The position numbers and the translations under genes were made by a program. This document shows positions 1-8,906 of a DNA stretch of 16,500 bases, piece by piece. Each line of letters opens with the position of its first letter. Position 1 is the first letter of the stretch. Under the pieces are notes generated by a model that saw nothing but the letters and a program-made list of their open reading frames with translations, had not been told where the DNA came from and searched no databases. This DNA is from Bugula neritina. Lineage: Eukaryota; Animalia; Bryozoa. Location: the NCBI GenBank assembly GCA_964035545.1, contig CAXIUT010000224.1, forward strand, positions 1 through 16,500. Direction: 5' to 3'.

Positions 1-81
1 CCCAACCCCAACCCCAACCCCAACCCCAACCCCAACCCCAACCCCAACCCCAACCCCAACCCCAACCCCAACCCCAACCCC
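1..81 (+). repeat. Telomere, (CCCCAA)n, left chromosome end
   Basis: Perfect CCCCAA hexamer array at the window start; same repeat as Tetrahymena macronuclear telomeres. Confidence 0.98.
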
Positions 82-142
82 ATAATATATATTGACTGAT
101 ATAATAGTAATGACAGATATTAATTATTACAGAATGACAGAA

Positions 143-1515
143 TCAATTTTTTATTTTTTGGTAGTAATCGTGTTTTATGTACCATTCACTTTTTATGCCA
201 ATGTAAAAGTATCCGCATGGAACGGAGTCAAGACTGTCAAGAGTTCTATGCATCTCTTTTTATAGGTTTTTCACTGGAGGACTCTGATAAATATAAAACT
301 AGCCAATAATGATGTCTGCTGCTATTTTGAAAACATCTCCTAGAGTTTATAGTGGTCCAAAAAGTGCTTAGATGATGAGTTCGTTGGGCAATCGCAGCTT
401 AATGGTGGTTGATTTGTAGACTTGTTGTGTGACTAGATATTAAAATTAAGTTTTTCTTCTGCTTTGAAATTTAGCATTTTTCATGTTATTTTTAACTATA
501 TTTCTCCAGTATCCGACCATTTAGTTGTTATTACTATTTTACATCTAATTATCCATATCAAAAATAAGATGTTCTACTTCTTTTACATCATGTCTTTTAT
601 GATAGATTCTTATTTTTCTATTGGTTAGTGGTTTACTCATGATATTTTTTCTAAATGCTAGTAATTTATCAAGCATTTATGCGTAGTTGGCTTCTTCAAG
701 TTTTTATTTAGGAAATTATTTTTAGAGGTTTACGGTTTAGTTGCTTGGCAATTTAAGATCTTGAGGAAGAAAAAGGGGTTAATTATTTATAGGTTTTTAT
801 TTATTATGATTATGTTTATTATTATATTAAGATAGTTGATCTTTATGGTTTTTAAGAACTGTTTCAAGACATTATTAGACAAAGAATAGTGCTTGAGTAT
901 CAAAGGAATCAAGAAATATTTTTTATTAATCTTCTTAGAATCCGATTGATTTCAAAAAAGTTAAAACAAATTCATGATCTATCACTACTTGTTTGATTTT
1001 TGGGTTACTTTTTTTGAGAACTCTGTATTTTAAATCATATGAATCTTTAACAATATTTTTTATTATTTTATAAACAGTTTAAAGGATCTTTACTAGCTAT
1101 GATCCTACCCATCGGTACTTCTACAACAACTTATTTTATAAAGTTTAAGCCAATATTAAGATCCTTGCTTATGTTAGTTTGGGTTTTTATTATTTTACTT
1201 TAGTTATTGTACTTTTTTAAGGTTTTACAGGCTAATCTATTAAGCTTGGTTGTTCGGGTGACTACTTCTTTTGACCTAGAATTCTATCCATTTCTGTGCG
1301 GATGACTGCCACTACTCTTAAGGGTATTTCCATTTTTTAATATTGTTGGTCAGTGATGGTGTTGACGGCTTATGGAGAATCGTACCAATTTTTTCTGAGC
1401 CTAAATAAGCAAAAGAGTACTACTATTCCATGTGACTGAATGCTTAGTATGGTTTTCCAACCTTCTAGGAAACATGCTTGAAGAGTTCTTTAACGAAATC
1501 GTTGTCTTCTTTCAT
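143..1515 (-). CDS. PUB + UBX domain protein (UBXN6/PUX2-like p97/Cdc48 adaptor), ~450 aa
   Basis: TAR=Glu. ATG at 1515, 20-nt intron at 1401-1420, TGA at 143-145. PUB-like segment ILETVYKIIKNIVKDSYDLKYRVLKKSNPKIKQVV...FLKSIGFEE. UBX-like C-terminus YKSTTIKLRLPNELIIEALFGPLETLGDVF...FYIYQSPP...TLDSLDSVPCG. Confidence 0.8.
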
Positions 1516-1649
1516 CTATTTATCTCAAAAACTAATCAAATTATATAAAATTGATATTCAATCATAGAATAATTAATCAAAGAATGCGTTATTAATTTTA
1601 TACGATATAAAATTAGATGACAATATCAGAGGAAGATACACCTTATCGA

Positions 1650-3867
1650 TCATTGATATATTTTATATTTTTAGAGATCTTGTTGATTTCGATAAATACA
1701 GGTAAATAATCCAGCATTCTTTTATTTCTTCTTGTGGGAAGAACCGATGAAGTTGCCCATATCTCTTTGTAACATCTTGACCAACTTCTTTGTTACTGGA
1801 GTGGAATGGTCCATGGCAGGACTCATATTTATTTATATCAACCATGGATTCAAATTCTAGTCTATCATGAAATCATACCCTACCAACTAGAAAAACCCCT
1901 TCTTACCTGTTACACTTCCCTAACAAGCTTTTATGCTCCAAACTATTATATTTTTTATTTTATCTTGAATTATTTTCCATTTGTCTGCACCAATGTAGTC
2001 ACTAAATGTTTTCATGTCCCACATGCTATCTTAGATCATAGTTTTTTTATGATATTTCTGAATAGAGTTATTAGTAAGATGTTGAAATTTATTATGGATG
2101 TTATCTAAACTATATTAATCACCACAAAATCTGAAGTAACATTCTTAATAAAACCATATAACTGGAGGATTGTAGTCTTAGATTAAAACCCATTGTCTTA
2201 AATCAAATTTTTTACTATGAACTAGCAAAGGATTCTCTATGTATTTTTGAATAACGAATTGACACTACTTTCCTAAACAATAATTAGCTATATCATATAA
2301 ATTGTTCATGCATTTGATGCCTCTTCCTCTTGATAAAACTGAATAATGGTATAATTACAATTCGGTTTGGCGATCCATACGTTTCGGAATCCATTGATGT
2401 CTAGTTGTGGGTCTAACTTTTATAAACGGTTGATCATTATTCTTATCTATTTATCCATTCTGTCGAAAACGAATGATTAGTATTGTTCTAGTGATGGAGG
2501 TTGGAATGTGTCAGCTTAGCGGATTTTGTCCAATTTTTACTTCTTTAAAGATTAATCCCCTGAATATATATAATAATACAATCTGTTGTCTATGTAATTA
2601 TCTACCATTATTAGGGTGTAATGACTGGAAAAGAACCATTATTTATATTATTAACTAGTTAACTAAAGGCTAATAGTCTTCTTTTCAAGATGTCGAATAT
2701 CAATCTCATTTTTAGTTCAAGACCTTTGTACCTAGAATGATCAACAAGAAATCTTTTGGCACAACTCTATGCAAAACTGAACTTGAAATTTTATACAAAG
2801 TTTTAAAAATCTACTTGATCACCCAAATCAAAACATCTTGGATAAAATCGATCAATATCGATATTATACTGCAAGATAAGTGTTTTCAGGCGTCTAGCTA
2901 GCCCATATTTGCTAGTTAGATGATGATTATTGTTGAAATGGTTGACAGATTGTCCGTGTTTGAGGTTGCCATAGTCAATATCGCAAGTCTGAGTGGTCCA
3001 TTTGAGGTCAAAGAATTGAGAATAGACATCTTAGTTTTAAAACCAACCTTTATCATTGAGAGTTCTTCTAAATTAGTGATATCCTCCTTTAACTATATAT
3101 ACTTTTTGGTTCATTCCACAACCATTTCTTTTCTTCCAAGTAGCCATATCGATATTCTACTACTTGTATTCATCTTATTCTTCTTACTATTCACTGTCAA
3201 CATCCATATAATCTCCATTCTTTACTTTTGATTTTTTTGATAAATTTACTGTAGGCAATGGTTTTGCCTTATATTTCATACTGCGGAGTTGCTAGTTAGT
3301 CATGTGGTTGAATTTAAGACGAGGACGATCTTTTCCCTTGCTATCTAGCAGTTTAGATAAAGAATCTTAGACTTATTGGGTTTTCATGGGCATTATCGGT
3401 TATACTTTTTTACCTTTTAGATGGTTAAAATAGTCGTCTCGGCGATTGAGGATAGTCATCAAGGATACTATCTGGTTTCTGTAGAATGTTTTGATATTGG
3501 GATGGTCTAGAAGTTTAGCTTTGAGGCTGATTCTGTTTTTGGCAACAAATTTCTTTTTCGATTTGGGTCTGATGGCTCTTTAAAAGGTTTTTTTTTATTC
3601 AGGTTATGTACTTTCTATCATTTCTAGGCTATTTTTTCTACCAAGATCGTGTTTACTGGCTTTGAATCTAAGTCCTTGAACTAATCCATTAAATTACTGT
3701 TCGTCGGTATCGATATTTTCTATATTTCCATTACTTTTATAGACTTCTTTGATATTTTTGGGTACGGATGATGTTTCTAGATAATTTTTGAGTAGGGAAT
3801 GTAGAGTGAGTTGATTGTTGGGGTTTATTTTATCAGAAAATCCGTTAGTAAATCGATGCTTAAACAT
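1650..3867 (-). CDS. TTLL3: Tubulin-tyrosine-ligase-like protein, TTLL3/TTLL8 (tubulin glycylase) clade, ~725 aa
   Basis: ATG at 3867, 20-nt introns at 2560-2579 and 2339-2358, TGA at 1650-1652. Motifs KVYIVKGGY, KGWFEN, FYPRCFDL, NVWIAKPNFLSRGRGI, QKYIENPLL, KFDLRQWVL, HLTNNSIQK, FELVGYDFMID, PWLIEINMSP. Confidence 0.9.
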
Positions 3868-3921
3868 CAGTTGATAAAATTATTCCTTGATATAATCAAT
3901 CAAACAATAAAACATCTACTA

Positions 3922-4383
3922 TCATTATATCTCCTTATCTAAATCCTATCTATAATTCTACAACTTTAACATCAAATCGTTTTGATCACTGTTATAATAT
4001 GAATATTAGTACAGTATATCATATTGTCTTCTACTCTTTTAGGCGTCTGCCTCATTAGTAAATATGAAAGCTTTAAAATCTTTATTTAAAAAGTAAATGT
4101 AGTTGAATAAACATAACAAAGGAACTGCGAAGGGCATTGCTGAGGAAAGAATCGATTGAGGACGGAAAGTATAGTAGATGTTGGTAAGAGGTGGTAAAAT
4201 AAGCATTGCTAAAGCGGATTTTAAGGTTGAAGAAAAATGAGGACTAAAGGCATTGTTGGAATATATTATAGCTAGTTGTTTAAGGGCTTATTGTTTTAGT
4301 TAGTAAGCGCGAATGAATTATTTTATTTAGGATTTTGTTGGGTTTTATGATGAAGTAGGTTTTTATGATTTATTTTCTTACAT
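3922..4383 (-). CDS. Hypothetical protein, 153 aa, with 1-2 hydrophobic segments
   Basis: Continuous frame under TAR=Glu from ATG 4383 (MEENKSEKPTSSENP...) to TGA 3922-3924, filling the space between neighbouring genes. Hydrophobic stretches LKSALAMLILPPL and AMPFAVPLLCLFNYIYFL. No family recognised. Confidence 0.65.
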
Positions 4384-4770
4384 TTATTATTTTAAATAGA
4401 TTTGTTTAAATTTAATTAATATCTATGAATAGTTTATAAGCAATAGAAGGCTTTAAAGTTTACTCAAATGATAAGTTTTTATAAAAAATAATTTGAAATG
4501 GGACAAAAGTTGTGTAATTAATTAATCTTTCAATGTTCACATGATTTACCTTTTTATCCTTTCTTTTTATCAAAATAAATATCGAACAATAGATAAGAAA
4601 ATCTATCAATCAATAGACTTCTTATTCATTCTATAAAATTAAACATAAGTTAATGATGAGAGAAGTATGTGTGTTTTGGATTGATATAATAGATAAAAGT
4701 AGAACGTTTCATTATTTTGAGTTGATTTAACGTGGAAGCTGTGATGAAATTCTCAATAATAATTTGAATT
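4384..4770. promoter_or_regulatory. Probable divergent promoter region (largest intergenic gap, 387 nt)
   Basis: AT-rich spacer between divergent ATGs at 4383 (-) and 4771 (+). Positional inference only. Confidence 0.4.
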
Positions 4771-6852
4771 ATGCCACCGAAAGTCGTAGGAGCTAAGACA
4801 TAAACAGTCAAAGTCGTTGTCAGATGTCGCCCTCCATCATAAAAAGAAAAAAATGCTTAACATAGACTAGTTGTTCATGTTGATGAAGGCATGAGAAAAA
4901 TAAGTGTTGAAAATCCTAATGCATAAAAAACTAACTTACCTCCTTCTAGAGATTTTACCTACGATGCTGTCTTTGCACCTAATTGTAAACAAACTTCAGT
5001 CTTCTAAGAAACTGCTTTGCCCATCATTGAAAGTGTTCTTGAAGGATATAATGGAACCATATTTGCTTATGGTCAAACAGGAACAGGAAAAACTTTTACA
5101 ATGGAAGGTGTTAATGATGATCCTAGTCTTCAGGGAATCGTACCTAGATCTATTCAATACATCTTCTAGGCTATTAAGAATGCAGCTACGACTAAGAAGT
5201 ATTTAGTCCGTATAAGTTTTTTAGAGTTGTATAATGAAACTTTGGTTGATTTGTTAGTTAATCCTGCACATAAAGATGAGAAGGCTAAGAAGAAGAAGTT
5301 GTAGATTAGATAGGTGCCAAATGTTGGAATTCGAGTTGATGGTTTGATGTAATTTGTCATAGAAAATGAAAAAGAAATCTTTCATAAATATAATGCTGGT
5401 AAGAGTCATCGAGTGACTGCTTTTACTGAAATGAATGCCTAATCATCTCGATCTCATTCCATTTTTTCAATTATTATTTAAAATCAAGAAGAAGTTAATG
5501 GCAAAATATCAACTAGAGCTGGTAAGTTAAATTTGGTTGATTTGGCTGGTAGTTAAAGACAAGATAAAACTAAAGCAACTGGATTACAGAGATAACAAGC
5601 TATTAATATCAACTTATCTCTTTCTACTTTAGGATTAGTTATTAAGAGTTTAGTTGATTCTAAATCAAAACATATTCCTTATAGAGATTCTCAATTGACT
5701 AGATTACTTCAAGATTCTTTGGGAGGTAATACTAAGACAGTAATGATAGCTAATGTTGGTCCATCATTTTATAATTATGATGAAACTTTATCAACATTGA
5801 AGTATGCTAATAGTGCTAAAAATATTAAGAATGATGTGAGAATTAATGAAGATCCTAAAGATGCTCTTTTGAGACAGTTTCAAGAGTAGATTAAAAAGCT
5901 TAGATAACAGGTTGCTAAAAATATGACTGGAGAAGGAGGAGAAATGATAGAACATATTATTGAGGAAGAAGATCCTGAAGATATGGAATAAAAGTTGAGA
6001 AATTAGACATAAAATATGAGGAAAAAGTTTTAAGACGAAAAAGCTTAAATATATAAGAAAAAGAATATGCTTTAGGAGTAAAAAAAGGGACTTCTTAAAG
6101 CTATCGAAGAGAAAGAAAAGGAACAATCAACATATAAAAACAATCAATAGAATTTGATTAAGAAGTTAAAGAAGATGTAAGGCAAAGTGCAGACTGGAAA
6201 GGAAGAAGAGGAAGCAGCATTAAAGAAAGCTGAAGAATTGAAAAAGAAGATGAATGAGTTAGAGCAAAAAAGAGAGAATCAGAGGAAGATATAGTAAAAA
6301 TTAAAATAGAAATAAGACTCAATAGGGAAGATAGAGACAAAATACAATAGTTTAAAGGAAGAAAATGAAGATAAGAGTCTTCAAATAAAACAAAAAGTGA
6401 AAAGATTAAGAAATTTATAGAACTAAAATAAGTAACTTGAAGAACAATATGCGGCATAAATTGAAGATCTTCAGTAAAGAAGAAGAATTTTACAAAAATA
6501 ACTCAAACTAAAAAACTTTATTATTGACTACTTTGTTCCTGCTGAATACATCGAAATGATTAATTAAAAAGTGGTTCTGAATGAGTAAAATGACTAGTGG
6601 GTCTTACCGAATTTGTAAATATCAGGCAATTCTATGAGACTGCGAAATCCTGGAGTGAATTTCGATGAAAGATAAATGACTGAAGAAATGTTAGAGGAGA
6701 GAAAGATCAACTAATTCGTTAAAAACTAAATTGATACTCATCCTAACGTCTACTTTTCATACGGAGAAGATGGAGGTGTGATTAGACAGGTTCAGCAAGA
6801 TCCCACTAAAACAAAGAAGACGAAGAAGCGACCGTCATCAAAGAAGAAATGA
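4771..6852 (+). CDS. Kinesin-2 motor subunit (KIF3/FLA10-like), 693 aa, no intron needed
   Basis: [12 protein letters not shown]-loop GQTGTGKT, switch I NAESSRSH, switch [29 protein letters not shown]. Kinesin-2 neck [17 protein letters not shown], then a coiled-coil stalk and a tail with IIDYFVP. TGA at 6850-6852. Confidence 0.95.
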
Positions 6853-6900
6853 TTATCATATCTAAAATTATATTAAGAGTTATATTGATAGATAATATTT

Positions 6901-7134
6901 ATGTTTTGGGGACGTAATAAGACTGAGTTCGATATCGTAGTGGTGGATCTGGATAACTAGCCTCGAAAGTTGACTGTTAAGTTGGAGGTGAGTCCTGAGT
7001 AGATTCTTAAAGAGTTGAAGATCGAAGATGCTTACTTGATCATCTAGGGAGTATTTATTACTCAAAATGTGTTGAAAAAGGTCATTAAAGATGGAACTAC
7101 ATTTTACGCATGTCCAGTTAGAGACAAAGGATGA
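6901..7134 (+). CDS. Small 77-aa protein, possible ubiquitin-like (beta-grasp) fold ending in Gly
   Basis: MFWGRNKTEFDIVVVDLDNEPRKLTVKLEVSPEEILKELKIEDAYLIIEGVFITQNVLKKVIKDGTTFYACPVRDKG-TGA. Purine-rich like the other sense strands and flanked by AT-rich spacers. Hydrophobic spacing resembles ubiquitin. Confidence 0.65.
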
Positions 7135-7186
7135 TATGATAGTCATTTATTATTATACTTAATACATGAAATAATGCAATGTTTGA

Positions 7187-7879
7187 TCAATGGAAATATC
7201 TAGACTCAATGGATTAGTTGTTAATTATTTTGGCCAATCGATGATACATTGACTATTGTAGATTATTTTTCTTTTTTTAGTTCTATACTAATTTATAGAT
7301 ACTTTTCTCTTGAGAAAGATATGATCTGAGTCGTCTTAAAATGAGTAACGTGATTTAAAATCTTATTCTGATGTTTGTTCTTTTAGTGCTTTCATTTATT
7401 TATGAAAATCATCGTTTTATTCTTTTGTCATTAAGGAGTTATTATGAGATGTTTATTTTTTGGTTTTTTTGTCGTTATTTTAGTAAAAATTATATGCCAA
7501 ATCGAATAAATTCAAATTACCATATAAACCTTGTTTCTGTTATTTAGTTTATTATTTGACTTATTTTTATGCCTTAATATTTTTATCAACCGTTTCAGTT
7601 TATTTAACTTAAGCCTCATCTATTTTCTTCTGAACAATATTTTTAAAAATATTATTAGTATTTTATTTTTGATGTTACTATTTTGATAACTCTATTTCTG
7701 GTTCTTTTTTTACTTAAACAAGTTTAAGTTAATTCATATGTAAATGACCATTGGAAGGATGTTACTAATGCAAGTGTTTTAATGGAATAGTCGAGTTATT
7801 AACTTCTATCTAAAAATGAGATTATTAATACAAGAAGGATAAGGAAGAAGAGAATTAGATATTTCCTTTTAGTATTCAT
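7187..7879 (-). CDS. Hypothetical secreted K/E-rich protein, ~216 aa
   Basis: ATG at 7879 gives a signal-peptide-like N-terminus MNTKRKYLILFFLILLIEVNNS after removing a 22-nt intron at 7810-7831. A second inferred 20-nt intron at 7283-7302 leads to TGA 7187-7189. The model is not homology-anchored. Confidence 0.5.
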
Positions 7880-8043
7880 TCGATATTGAATTTATTTCTT
7901 CTATAATATAATAATAGAATTCATAAAAATAGTCTGATATTATTTTTGTATCATTTGATAAAATATTAATCTATTTATGAGATATTTACGACATTGATGA
8001 CTTATTTTTTTGATTTTTGATTATAATAATATTTGATTTAATA

Positions 8044-8651
8044 ATGGGAAACAATCATGATCAGTATTTTGGTAGTGATAAACGTAAAATAACAATACTT
8101 GGGTTATAGAATTCAGGAAAGACAAGTAAGATCTATGAATATGATAGCTTTTATTCGATTTTTGAGGACTGATATTGTTGACTTCAATACTAAAAAAACT
8201 AAAAATCTCAATATCTAAGACATTAATATCAGCAATTTACATGTCAGCTTTTTTGTATTGATGTAGAGATGTAGGATCTAGCAGGAGGAGAAAGACAAAG
8301 AGTATTTTGGAAACAACAGATAGAAGGAACTCAAGGCATTATGTTCTTTATTGATGCTAGTAGCTCCAATTAAGATAAATAAAAAAGCTTTGAAGAGCTA
8401 GATAAACTGTCTAAACTGGTAGGAGTTAATATTCCCATAGCTATAGCTCTGACAAAAGTTGATCTGATGTAGACCATATCTTGGAATAGTTTTAAAGCCA
8501 ACTTGAGTAAATCAATGCTGAGCAAATATTCATCTAGAAAGTATGAAATGAATGAGTTAGGTCATTAAAGGTGGGAGAAATAGACTATAAGAATAAAGAA
8601 AGTGTAAAAAGTTTAGTTGGATGGTTACTTGGATAAACAAAAGCTATATGA
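8044..8651 (+). CDS. Divergent Arf-like (ARL) small GTPase, 181 aa
   Basis: MG N-terminus; G1 GLENSGKTT; G3 FDLAGGERQRVFW; GIMFFIDAS; G4 TKVD. Introns at 8126-8147 (22 nt), 8255-8274 and 8541-8560 (20 nt) restore the frame. TGA at 8649-8651. Confidence 0.88.
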
Positions 8652-8760
8652 TATCTTTGGAATTAGTTCATAAGATATAATTGTCATATTTATCATTATG
8701 GTCATTGTTATCATTTTATCAAAATTATCATTATTGCTATAATTTATATTATTGGTTTTA

Positions 8761-8841
8761 GGGGTTGGGGTTGGGGTTGGGGTTGGGGTTGGGGTTGGGG
8801 TTGGGGTTGGGGTTGGGGTTGGGGTTGGGGTTGGGGTTGGG
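8761..8841 (+). repeat. Internal telomeric tract (GGGGTT)n, oriented as the right end of segment 1-8841
   Basis: 81-nt perfect array, the exact reverse complement of 1-81, followed directly by unique sequence. Confidence 0.97.
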
Positions 8842-8906
8842 AAATAACATTTTTAAGATATTTTGATAATATTATGATGCTTTAGTCTAATTTAAATTAC
8901 TTTTTA

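Noticed and set aside
1089-1109. Possible 21-nt in-frame intron in the PUB-UBX gene, and a similar 24-nt candidate near 3989-4012
   Set aside because: Neither is needed to maintain the frame, and the first ends in AAG rather than YAG. They cannot be supported without RNA data.
3039-3053. AAAACCAACCTTTAT, resembling the Tetrahymena chromosome breakage sequence
   Set aside because: It lies inside the TTLL3 CDS, where the opposite strand encodes the conserved KGWFE motif. It mismatches the consensus, and true Cbs elements are removed from macronuclear DNA.
4650-4770. Possible C/D snoRNA or upstream ORF (ATGATGA and GTGATGA boxes) before the kinesin
   Set aside because: No downstream CTGA D box or convincing terminal stem. 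The ORF overlaps the kinesin out of frame and has no recognisable motif.
6856-7302. Longer minus-strand ORF if intron 7283-7302 is not spliced (includes supplied ORF 6880-7146)
   Set aside because: It would end 3 nt from the convergent kinesin stop and run fully antisense to the more coding-like 6901-7134 ORF. It is not formally excluded without stranded RNA-seq.
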